A stretch of DNA of 64,000 nt from Macrostomum hystrix (Eukaryota > Animalia > Platyhelminthes). Both the position numbers and the translations under genes were made by a program. Location of the stretch: contig CATNEN010000029.1 in NCBI GenBank assembly GCA_950097015.1, positions 6,696,001 to 6,760,000 of the forward strand. Direction: 5' to 3'. The notes under the pieces are model-generated. The model worked only from the letters and a program-made list of their open reading frames with translations, had not been told where the DNA came from and searched no databases. Position 1 is the stretch's first letter. Every line of letters starts with the position of its first letter. This document shows, one piece after another, positions 47,733 through 59,314 of the stretch.

Positions 47733-49751
47733 CTAGACATCCGGCAGCTCCGTGTCCACGCTAGCCCTGGAGTAGACCACATCCCAACGGTAGGGAAATC
47801 TGGAGCAGCAGAATCTGAAACAATTAACGCAATAGCCTTCGTGAAACGGATTATAAGCCTCGGCCAAGTGTTTCAAGTAGCTAATCCGCTCTCGGGACAC
47901 TCGCTCCCAGGTAGTAGTGTTGCTGCAGGCCAGGTAACAGTGGAACAGAGTCAGGAATGCCAGTGGAAGGCCGGAAACCAACAGCACCACCATGTCAGCG
48001 GTGTAGGCCCAGTTGGCAGCCAGCCAGCCCATGGCATCGGCCTTCACGTGAATCGACCGCCTGCGGGCGCGTGGAGAAAGGTAGGACGATTAGCAGAGTC
48101 AAGGCAGACACAGAACTGAGTGGAGGCAGACACAGAACTGAGTGGAGGCAGACACAGAACTGAGTGGAGGCAGACACAGAACTGAGTGGAGGCAGATACA
48201 GTTGCGGGGGTCGCACCAGACAAAGAACACGGTCCACCAGATGCAGGCGGACTGGCACAGGAGGAAGGCCAGGAATGCGGCGTGGTTCCTCTCGCCGATG
48301 CAATTCTCCACCCAGGGGCAGTGGTGGTCGAATCTGGAGACGCAGCGGCCGCAGTCCTCGCAGTGGCGCGACCTGAGCGGCTGCTCGATCAGGCAGTAGC
48401 GACAGAAGCGCAGCTCCAGAGAGCGCCGGCTGGCGGGCAGGTCGCGACCGGAGCCGCTGCGACCTTCGTCGGCTTCCTCATCGTCATCAGAGGCTGGGTC
48501 GGCGACGTGGCCGTTTCCGGATTCCTGCAATTGCGTTTTGGTGTCTAAGATATTAAAGACCAATCTGGGGAAGTGAGGGGAGACATAGTAGGGGATGAGA
48601 TGGGAGACGGAATAGGGGATGAGATGGGAGACGGAATAGGGGATGAGATCGGAGACAACAGGGGATGAGATGGGAGACAATGGGGGATGAGATCGGAGAC
48701 GGAATAGGGGATGAGATAGGAGACAATAGGGGATGAGATGGGAGAAAACAGGGGATGAGATGGGAGACAATAGGGGATGAGATCGGAGACAACAGGGGAT
48801 GAGATGGGAGACGGAATAGGGGATGAGATGGGAGACAATAGGGGATGAGATCGGAGACAACAGGGGATGAGATGGGAGACGGAATAGGGGATGAGATGGG
48901 AGACAATAGGGGATGAGATCGGAGACAACAGGGATGAGATGGGAGACAATGGGGGATGAGATGGGAGATAACAGGGGATGAGATGGGAGACAACAGGGGA
49001 TGAGATGGGAGACAACAGGGGATGAGATGGGAGACAACAGGGGATGAGATGGGAGACAACAGGGGATGAGATGGGAGACAACAGGGGATGAGATGGGAGA
49101 CAACGGGGATGAGATGGGAGACAACAGGGGATGAGATGGGAGACAACAGGGATGAGATGGGAGACAACAGGGATGAGATGGGAGACAACAGGGATGAGAT
49201 GGGAGACAACAGGGATGAGATGGGAGACAACAGGGGATGAGATGGGAGACAACAGGGGATGAGATGGGAGACAACAGGGATGAGATGGGAGACAACAGGG
49301 GATGAGATGGGAGACAACAGGGGATGAGATGGGAGACAACAGGGATGAGATGGGAGACAACAGGGATGAGATGGGAGACAACAGGGATGAGATGGGAGAC
49401 AACAGGGATGAGATGGGAGACAGAATAGGTGAAAAGAAGTGGAGTAAAAAACTCTTTAAGTGGTGGGAGAGTCACCGCTCGCAGCTGATTGGACACATAA
49501 CCCGGATCGATGAGGCTAGTGACAAAGTAGAGCAGCAGAGAGGCAGAGAAGAGTGCCAGGTAGGCGATGCCACCAAGCATGCCAGGTGAGCCGGGTAGCA
49601 GGGCCAGCCGGAGCTGGGATTTCTGGGCCAACAGGCTGGCCAGGACAGCGAAGCACAGGGCCGTGTGGCCGAAGCGAATCAGGACGCCGCGCAGAGCTGA
49701 GCCGGGCGGCCGGCCGCGACGCCTGTCCAGACGGTGACCGCTGGCGGACGG
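47733..49751 (-). CDS. ZDHHC12: ZDHHC12-like DHHC palmitoyltransferase (~304 aa)
   Basis: Exons 49751-49476, 48524-48217, 48060-47733 (912 nt, phases match). [76 protein letters not shown]. No ATG upstream of the first TM segment. Confidence 0.9.
48095..48200. repeat. 22-bp repeat in ZDHHC12 intron 2 (GAGGCAGACACAGAACTGAGTG)
   Basis: About 4-5 units. Confidence 0.85.
48590..49425. repeat. 21/22-bp minisatellite filling ZDHHC12 intron 1 (GGGATGAGATGGGAGACAACA)
   Basis: About 39 units. Confidence 0.95.
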
Positions 49752-50557
49752 CTGCGGGATTTAGGACAGATTTGCATGCATCCGCTATACTGCTGAATTG
49801 CATTTTGTAGAAGCGGTGCGTCTTCGAATATAAAGAAACGGATGAACGATTGAACAAACTATTGAAGGGCGAAGGAGAGAGACGAAGGAGAGATAGATCC
49901 ATGGAAGTTGTGAGGAATGAATCGATGAAGGGAGGAAGGAAGGCAAGGTAGACAGTAAACTACTACAGCAAAATGCTAAAATTGCTTAACGGTTAACAGT
50001 TTAACGCAAAGATAATAAGACCACAAAATGTAATATGAAATAAGCAATCCGCAAACAGAGGATCAGTGGCATATATTTAATCAGTATAATTGTTGCAGAC
50101 TTATTCATAAGACAACAAACAGGATCATTATCTACACTGCTAACTGGACTGTTACAGGAAGCTCGCAATGCAAGGTGAATAAAATAAGTTAACAAAATGG
50201 CGTCAACTACAAAAGATGTACAAGGAAACCAATGTGATAAACTGTGAAAGTCAAGCGAATTTAATCGTATTAGATTTTTGTTATCAATGCCATCATTCAA
50301 TGCAACTGAACTGATATATTTTGACATTATCTGGATATTCCGAACTTCAGGGCACGGCCACAGCTTCAGGTAGGCAGTGGGTGTTGATGAAGGGTTCCAC
50401 ATCAGGATGGTGGGCAGTGGGTGTCAGTGGAGGGTGTCGGGGGAATCTTTCAGACGAGGCCTCAGAGATGCATTTCGACTCCACTATTCCTTAAGCTAGG
50501 GTCCTAGTTAATCCTACCCTATCTAATTCAATAGTCACAAAAACCGCAGGGCTTTGG

Positions 50558-51103
50558 TCAATGCGGCTTAGGAACATGCCCGTCAACGTAAAAGTTCCTC
50601 GTAGCCTGTGGCAAGGCAACCCGCATGCCATCCAGACTGGCTGACAGGACAATCTGGCAGCTCAGCCGGGAGTTCTCGCGCAGAAATGGCGCCATATCGA
50701 GCATATCCTCCTCGGCTTCTGTCACCTCTGGCAAGTTGGCAGGGTCGGGCGCGTTGACATACACGTGACAGGTGCAGCAGGCCAGGGAGGCTTCGCAGGC
50801 GCCTTCAACTGGCAGCTCGTAGCGCTGAAGCAGACGCATGAGGTTCTCACCAGCATGGCCAGTCACCGGGTGCTCCTTGCCAACTTTGTCCACCACAGTC
50901 AGTGACACTGGTGGGCCGGCTGGGGCTGTGGCTGTGTCTGTAGAGTGCCTTGCCACCCTACTGGCAAGAGTGAACCTACAGATGGGATTGGACGATACAG
51001 TGCCTGCTGCCGCTGTTACAGCCGGCGATAGCAGACGAGTGAGCAGTCGGAACAGCTGGATATGAGCATAAGTGAGACTGGGCTCGGAGGAAATATCAGG
51101 CAC
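50558..51103 (-). CDS. FDX2: Mitochondrial [2Fe-2S] ferredoxin, FDX2/Yah1-like, single coding exon; true start may be the acceptor at 51055
   Basis: GACEASLACCTCHVYV, EEDMLDMAP, NSRLSCQI and the C-terminus TRNFYVDGHVPKPH typical of FDX2. Confidence 0.92.
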   Translation of the reverse strand: MPDISSEPSLTYAHIQLFRLLTRLLSPAVTAAAGTVSSNPICRFTLASRVARHSTDTATAPAGPPVSLTVVDKVGKEHPVTGHAGENLMRLLQRYELPVEGACEASLACCTCHVYVNAPDPANLPEVTEAEEDMLDMAPFLRENSRLSCQIVLSASLDGMRVALPQATRNFYVDGHVPKPH

Positions 51104-52941
51104 ATATTTCTTACTTTATTTAAAAACATTAATTCATTTTTTCTGAACTTTCTATTCACCAGCTAATAAAGAAGTTTGGTAAAGCATTGATATAAAAAAT
51201 GCAGAGCTACATTTAAGAGTATCACTAGTAAAGAATAACCCCAATAATTACTTAGTACCACAGTGCCCAAACATTTCAGAGACAGTGCTGACATGGAATT
51301 ATAATTCAATACAATTTTTCATAGAAACCATAGAGTTACCATAGAAAATTTAGAATTATTCTATGGCATCAATTTAATAAAAAACAAATGCCTGTACTCT
51401 AGCTTATCACATCAGGCAGGCCTAACCTAGTCTTACTATAATGTTAACTCTAGCCTAGAAATTTAGTAGGTAAAATCAAATAAGAACTACTTTTTGTCTA
51501 ACTTTTTATGACAAATTAAGACATGACTAGCTTAAATTCTATTTAACTTAAAGTGTACATCATGCAAAGGTACCATTTGAAAAAACCTGTGATGAGGTAG
51601 TGCTTTTCTGTGCTCTATTAAACTATAACAATAATGCAATGTGTTCTATTTCCACAAAAATTTCTAAACAATCTGTGTCCTACACAATTTAAATTGATGT
51701 AACTAGTGTTACTGTGAAAGAAAGCAAATAGATGCTGTTCATATCTATATTTGTAAACATATTTTTACTTAATAGGAACAAAATATTGCTTACAATACTG
51801 CAAGACTATCTGTCATGAATCTAAATTTGTTTCATCCTGGCACTGTAATAGGGGCTTTCAAAGGCTTGACTTCACTGCTTCAGTCGGAGCTAAACCTTTT
51901 GAATTCCAAAGAGTGGAGTCTATTTTTTAACTTCTCTTTGAGTCCACAACCATCATAATTCGGAACAGTGTTTTAAACTGCTAATAAGCACTAATTTCAT
52001 ATATTGAAATGTTAAATGAAGAGTTAAATTACTGAAAGTAACTGAACAGTTCAATAAATAAAATCTAATTATAGTTAAATTATTTCTAATTTCCAAGAAA
52101 TATTTACCAACTAAAAATCTTTAAAAATAGCAAACGTTTAAACAAATCGTAAACAACGTTATGAAAATAAACTAAAGCTGCTTGGAGCGCAGTTTTACAA
52201 AGCTAGGTAATTTAACTTGAGCTCAACTCTTACACGTGTACTTTAGGTTTATGCCTCCAAAGATTCGTTACATTACAAAACAGTGTTAGGCGGTTATGAT
52301 TTAGTCAGTCCAACCACCGGACTAGCCACCCGTAATGGAAGAAGACTGAGAATGTGCAAAAATATTATACGGTTGGATATCTGTATTCAGTATTATTTCA
52401 GACATTCGACACATTCTTTTATTCCAAATTAAATGATCAAATTAGATGGGGTCCATATGAAATTCTGAATCATCTGAATGGTTGAAACAAATTAGATTAT
52501 TGAAATTGAAAAAAACGAATGCAACGCATTTGAAATTAATTATAGCCAAACATCTGAGCGAAGAAGCAGATTTTTTTCATACCACTGTTGCCAATTCACT
52601 TTATGCTTGCTGTGCTCCAGATAAAGATTGTACCATGTACCATAAAAAAAGAATAATTGCATGCAGGAGGGCTACAGACAGAGGCAAATCGTTTGGTGAC
52701 ACTATAGACCCGCAGCCAGCGAGGAGGCAATTCTGCCCATTCCGCTGACTCCTCAGCACACACGCGCACAGATACTGTACGTACACGCTAACTGCACAAT
52801 GTGTGTACCAAGGACTATACCAGAAGAAGAAGGACAGGACGGAACATTTAAATGTGAAAAAAACGTGAAAAGTTCCTATCTCTTTAGTGCATTTTTGCGT
52901 AATCAACCTTAAATTAATTTTCCAAAAACGAAGTGTCCTAT

Positions 52942-53170
52942 CCTTCTTCTTCTTTGGTTTGTACATCTGCCCTGACTTTCTCATCGTCATGCAGTGTACA
53001 CTGACACTGTGCCTTGGAGGTTGGCCCCCAAGGACGTAAATTGCACACGACAAGCCCCCAATTGCCTTCTCTCCGCGGCTGCATCCCAAATGAATGTGGC
53101 CCCGCCGAAGAATCGAGCTCAGGGACCTTGGTGCAGAAGGCGAATGCGTTAACCGCTCTGCCACTCGATC
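52942..53170 (-). mobile_element. tRNA-derived SINE of a second family, with (GAA)n tail
   Basis: Reverse complement begins GATCGAGTGGCAGAGCGGTTAACGC (A box) ... GAGCTCGATTC (degenerate B box) and ends CCAAAGAAGAAGAAGG. Confidence 0.6.
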
Positions 53171-53576
53171 ACCATAGGACCGTCACGTAATTACTCGTAC
53201 ATGTAAACAACATGTAATTTAAATGTCCATGCTTTTACAATCGATTTAGACTACCAGATCGCATTTAATTGTCCTTTCTACAATTTCGAACTATATGAAT
53301 GAGATCAGAAAAGTGTGGGTTAGTGTTAAGTTCACTCATTCCCTTATGCCACTGTATCGTTTAAAACAAATTTATCGTTTCTCATTAGCAACTCTCGCTA
53401 TGAAAATAATAACGGGCATACAAATGGGTGCATTTACGATGTCTAATAAGCAGCAAATTAGTTGTATACATACACTTATAGCTTATTTTGTATATCCTAA
53501 CGTAGTAACTGCATAATATGGGATACTATGTGACCATTATAGTAACTGGCGAAAGCATTACGACGGCGCAAAGCGC

Positions 53577-54952
53577 AGCCAGAAGTACTATTAGCTTGTT
53601 GTAATTACAGCCAGAAGTACTATTAGCTTGTTGTAATTACAGCCAGAAGTACTATTAGCTTGTTGTAATTACAGCCAGAAGTACTATTAGCTTGTTGTAA
53701 TTACAGCCAGAAGTACTATTAGCTTGTTGTAATTACAGCCAGAAGTACTATTATCTTGTTGTAATTACAGCCAGAAGTACTATTATCTTGTTGTAATTAC
53801 AGCCAGAAGTACTATTAGCTTGTTGTAATTACAGCCAGAAGTACTATTAGCTTGTTGTAATTACAGCCAGAAGTACTATTAGCTTGTTGTAATTACAGCC
53901 AGAAGTACTATTAGCTTGTTGTAATTACAGCCAGAAGTACTATTAGCTTGTTGTAATTACAGCCAGAAGTACTATTAGCTTGTTGTAATTACAGCCAGAA
54001 GTACTATTATCTTGTTGTAATTACAGCCAGAAGTACTATTAGCTTGTTGTAATTACAGCCAGAAGTACTATTAGCTTGTTGTAATTACAACCAGAAGTAC
54101 TATTAGCTTGTTGTAATTACAGCCAGAAGTACTATTAGCTTGTTGTAATTACAACCAGAAGTACTATTAGCTTGTTGTAATTACAGCCAGAAGTACTATT
54201 ATCTTGTTGTAATTACAGCCAGAAGTACTATTAGCTTGTTGTAATTACAGCCAGAAGTACTATTAGCTTGTTGTAATTACAGCCAGAAGTACTATTAGCT
54301 TGTTGTAATTACAGCCAGAAGTACTATTAGCTTGTTGTAATTACAGCCAGAAGTACTATTATCTTGTTGTAATTACAGCCAGAAGTACTATTAGCTTGTT
54401 GTAATTACAGCCAGAAGTACTATTAGCTTGTTGTAATTACAGCCAGAAGTACTATTAGCTTGTTGTAATTACAGCCAGAAGTACTATTAGCTTGTTGTAA
54501 TTACAGCCAGAAGTACTATTAGCTTGTTGTAATTACAGCCAGAAGTACTATTAGCTTGTTGTAATTACAGCCAGAAGTACTATTAGCTTGTTGTAATTAC
54601 AGCCAGAAGTACTATTAGCTTGTTGTAATTACAGCCAGAAGTACTATTATCTTGTTGTAATTACAGCCAGAAGTACTATTAGCTTGTTGTAATTACAGCC
54701 AGAAGTACTATTATCTTGTTGTAATTACAGCCAGAAGTACTATTAGCTTGTTGTAATTACAGCCAGAAGTACTATTAGCTTGTTGTAATTACAGCCAGAA
54801 GTACTATTAGCTTGTTGTAATTACAGCCAGAAGTACTATTAGCTTGTTGTAATTACAGCCAGAAGTACTATTAGCTTGTTTTAATTACAGCCAGAAGTAC
54901 TATTAGCTTGTTGTAATTACAGCCAGAAGTACTATTAGCTTGTTGTAATTAC
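53577..54952. repeat. Highly homogeneous 32-bp minisatellite (AGCCAGAAGTACTATTAGCTTGTTGTAATTAC)
   Basis: About 43 units with only a few single-base variants. Confidence 0.97.
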
Positions 54953-55379
54953 GTGCGTACTTCGGTTCAAATGCATTTCAAATCCGTTCATAATTTTTTA
55001 TTGCTCTTAATTTTCTAAATTTTACTACGATTATTTCAAAAGTGCACCAGAATGTCATTTCCCGGAAAGCCTACCTGGCTGCGCCTTGAGAGATTATCTC
55101 GATTTCATCTTTAACGAATATAGTTAATCCAATTCTTCATTCGTACACAGGCAAGCTAGTAGATGTGTACACGATGGACAAATAGACAGCACTATATTAT
55201 GAGATGCACAAGTAATTATGATATTTTTTATTGGCGCTTCTCATTACATTATGACATTATGAAATGGCTTGCGAGATGTCAATATGTCCTATGTGGACAT
55301 GAAGTCCTCCTGCTTGCATGCCAAACTCAGCTGCTCCAGTCGAATCACACCCGCCTCAGGCTGAAAAAGCTATTGGAGC

Positions 55380-56571
55380 TTAGTTTCCACCTCGCCTAAC
55401 AGGCAGATTTCGCTGCTGCTCGCCGCGCAAGCTTCCCGATGCCGATAGACGAGGCGAAGCCGACGCTGCAGCCGTTTCGTTGGGGCGCGGTCGACTTGGC
55501 TGCCACTTCACCACCATCAGGCGGTGCCTGGCCGTGCTTACCCGAATCCGTTTGTACACATGGTCAACCCAGGGCAGGTCGGCACTCCGGTCACGACGCC
55601 TCAACGCTTCAAAGGATGCTTCAACGACTGGCATCTCTTCGATTTTTCGTCTTGGAGGCAACGGCGGCGCTTCGTCTTCGAGCTGATGCTGACGCTGATG
55701 CTGATAAAGATGCTGATGATTTTGCTGCGGTTTCACAATCTGCTGCTGCTGGCGCAGTTGATTTTGCTGCCTCTGCGGCTGCTCTATCGACAATGTTCGC
55801 CGCATCGGCTGCTTCACTGCCGGCGCTCCGAATGAACCGGCGTTTCTTGCGCTCCCGCCGCCAACTTGCAAGATCAATGATCCTCCGGAGTGGCCGCGTC
55901 CTTGGCCGACGTCGCCTCTGTCGTAGCTGCCGCTCCTTGTCAGACTGCTGCTACGCCTTGGAGCGTGCTTGTCTGCGGACAGCTGGGCGCTTAGAACCGA
56001 CTGTGGCGACGCTTGCTGAAGCCGGTTGCTAGCGGCGTGATGACCTTGGAGCTCTACGGCTTGCGTCTGCGTCTCGTAGCTCTGCTGCAGAAGAATAGCG
56101 CGCAGCTGCTGGGACACAGATGGTCTGGCTGCCTCCTCGGCTGCCGCGGTCGCAGCCGCAGCCGAAGCTGCCTCAAGCCTTGCGTCTGCGCGCACCGGCT
56201 GACTCCGCGCGGACTGCGTCGTCTTCCACTGCGCCGACCTCTGCAGCGATGCAGTCGGCACTGCGGTGCCGCTCACGCTGCCACCGCCGGCAATTCTGGC
56301 TCGCAGCTGGTTCAAAGCCGCCTCCTCCGGTAGGCGAAATGCCACCGTCTTCTTCGGCGACGAGCCCTTGTCTCGGCTGGCAATGTCGAGGCTCGGCGCG
56401 GCGTTGACTCGCAGGCCATTGCTGACGGCTTCCACAGCTGGCCTGTCGCTGGATTCGCGCCTGCCATCTGTGCTGTCTGTGGAAGGCATGCCGCTCGATA
56501 AAGCTAGTTCTCGAATTCGCAGAAGCTCGTCGGCAAGGCGGTCCATCTCCTCGATGGCGGAGTGCAGCGGC

Positions 56572-56627
<56 letters not shown>

Positions 56628-57024
56628 GTGGTGCTGGTGGTGCTGGTGGTGCTGCTGCTGCTGGTGGTGCTGGTGGTGCTGGTGGTGCTGCTGCTGTTGC
56701 TGGTGGTGCTGCTGGTGCTTCTGCTGCTTATGAAACCGTGGCACTCGTTGTATATCGGTTTGAGTAGTCTGAGTGTTGGCTCTGTTTATCGTGAATTGGA
56801 AAGAAGCAAAGAAGTGGAATTCATGAGCTCGTAGCTTTTATCCACTGCAGTCTCAAATAAATCAATAACATTCAGGTGTTAAATCAGTGACATTCAGGTG
56901 TTAAATCAGTGACATTCAGGTGTTAAATCAGTGACATTCAGGTGTTAAATCAGCGACATTCATATGGCAGGTCAGTGATATTCAGATGGCTGGTAGTGAA
57001 ATTAAGCACTTGCCTTTCATTTAA

Positions 57025-57060
<36 letters not shown>

Positions 57061-57603
57061 AGGATGAAGATCTGTCCTTTGCAGCATCGACAATGATGAT
57101 CCTGCCTCCTGCTTCAAAGGCTGAACAACATTCAACTGGACGGTCGCAGTGCCGCTGCCACCAGCCGTGATGTCCTCCTCCCAGCGCCTGTCAAACTGCT
57201 CAACCAGCGACTGGCCGGCGAGGCTGCCGTTTCCGTTCAACCGCACGGAGGCCACCGACTGCGGCTTCAGCGGCGGAGCCTTCAGAGAGGCGCTGTCGAC
57301 CGAGGAATCCTCGTCGTCGCTTATGTCACCGTTGCCAAAGGCCGGACCGTCGGGCGCGTCAAACTGCGGATTGTAGAGCGTCTCGTAGGAGGAGCGCAAA
57401 TTCGGCTTGGCCTCGTGCAAGCGTTGCCTAGCAACCGGCTCAATGTAGGTGCTAGGCCGCAATTCGACCAGTTCGTTCACCTCGTCGTCGGAGGTGAGCA
57501 GTTCCAGAGTTTGGCGCCGATCTTTGCGCATGATCCGCCGCCTGGCTGGACCTCTAGGCCGCGATGGCAGCTGGCGCGGGCGGTCGCTGGTTGGAGAGTC
57601 CAT
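55380..57603 (-). CDS. Uncharacterised low-complexity Gln/His-rich protein (~663 aa), two exons joined by a GC-AG intron
   Basis: Exons 57603-57014 and 56781-55380. Donor AAG|GCAAGT and acceptor pyrimidine tract...CAG| are both phase 2. GC-rich codon usage like neighbouring genes; no recognised domain. Confidence 0.7.
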
Positions 57604-57774
57604 GGCTCTGTGAGGGCCAGGCTAGCTACTGCGGCTGGGTGGATCTCATGCCGATGCAGACTTGAAGAGTTTATCCTGATTGGATCAAGTCAAACTTGCA
57701 GCTCAGCAGCCTGAGTTAAAAAATCCGAATAGGGTGTCAGAAATACAATGACTTTCTAGCACGGCTTGCACGCC

Positions 57775-58445
57775 TGGGAAAGAATCAGTAGGGGGAGAAT
57801 AGGACACCTGGGGTAGAATCAGCAGGGGGAGAAAAGGACACCTGGGGTAGAATCAGCAGGGGGAGAATAGGACACCTGGGGTAGAATCAGCTGGGGGAGA
57901 ATAGGACACTTGGGAAAGAATCAGCAGGGGGAGAAAAGGACACTTGGGAAAGAATCAGCAGGGGGAGAAAAGGACACTTGGGAAAGAATCAGCAAGGGGA
58001 GAAAAGGACACTTGGGAAAGAATCAGCAGGGGGAGAATAGGACACTTGGGAAAGAATCAGCAGGGGTAGAATAGGACACTTGGGAAAGAATCAGCAGGGG
58101 GAGAAAAGGACACTTGGGAAAGAATCAGCAGGGGGAGAATAGGACACCTGGGGTAGAATCAGCAGGGGGAGAAAAGGACACTTGGGAAAGAATCAGCAGG
58201 GGTAGAATAGGACACTTTGAAAGAATCAGCAGGGGGAGAATAGGACACTTGGGAAAGAATCAGCAGGGGGAGAATAGGACACTTGGGAAAGAATCAGCAG
58301 GGGGAGAATAGGACACTTGGGAAAGAATCAGCAGGGGGAGAATAGGACACTTGGGAAAGAATCAGCAGGGGGAGAATAGGACACTTTGAAAGAATCAGCA
58401 GGGGGAGAAAAGGACACTTGGGAAAGAATCAGCAGGGGGAGAATG
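57775..58445. repeat. 34-bp minisatellite (GAATCAGCAGGGGGAGAATAGGACACTTGGGAAA)
   Basis: About 19 units. Confidence 0.95.
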
Positions 58446-59314
58446 AGGAGAATGGTATGTTTGATGGACACACCTGGTGTAAATCAAGATGCATTCATTA
58501 AAAAACAGACTGACATGTTACCTTCTGTTGAATTTCTTGTAAGTTCCTGTTTAAATATCAATGGTCAGTATCCTGGCTTAACCTCACAAAGCAGCGCTTT
58601 AAGTTTAAAATTAGAAATGTTTTCAACTACAGGTTTAAAAATAAGAAATAAAGGTAGAGAATACACCTTTAGTTTACAGAAAACTGGCTAATGCGGTGCG
58701 CAATTTTCATTTCTCATTTTATATCTGTCCGCAGCCAACGGCTCAACTGAGAAACTGCATGGCCTGACAGTATGCTCAATAGGCATTAAACAGAGGCTAT
58801 ACTTGCCCGCGAGTGCAGCTGAGGTAGGAAATTGTGAAGGAAGACGTTGGCCGGTTGAGGTTGGTGGCAAAGACCAAAGACATTCCTTTCATAAGGCAAG
58901 AGCGTGGAGGGTGAAGCAGTTCTATTCAATCTGAGTATATACCCTAAATGGCATTGCCATGGTGGAGTCTGTCTACTTTGGAGTTTGCAGTTTGTCTCCT
59001 AATATATCAGTTTAACAATGCCGAATTTAGCAACTAATATTTCCTGACCAACAACCGTCTGTGTGCAATGGAGGGAGGTTCTTATAGAGAAAACTAAGCG
59101 CTTGATGTGAAATGAAATTGTCTTTTTTGTTGTTACACTGTGTGCGCGCGCTGACTTCGCACTGCTCAGTTTGAGTCCGTCTCTCTTAATTTGAGAAGCG
59201 GGATAGTAGAAAATAAAACTTAGTACGTTTCATACGACTAATCATATTTATATCAAGGAATAAAAGAACAGCGGGAAAACATACAAAAAACTGACTGGAT
59301 TAGAAAATAAAGAG

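Noticed and set aside
49516-49902. ATG-initiated 128-aa ORF as the N-terminus of ZDHHC12
   Set aside because: It is in a different frame from the [14 protein letters not shown] homology and stops at 49516
55439-56834. + strand ORFs opposite the Gln/His-rich gene, and similar shadows opposite HR96, QDPR, PC4 and FDX2
   Set aside because: Antisense shadows of GC-rich coding sequence, with no independent motifs
58715-58770. Another CCGCAG|CC acceptor-like site on the + strand
   Set aside because: Followed only by a 10-codon frame and no recognisable gene
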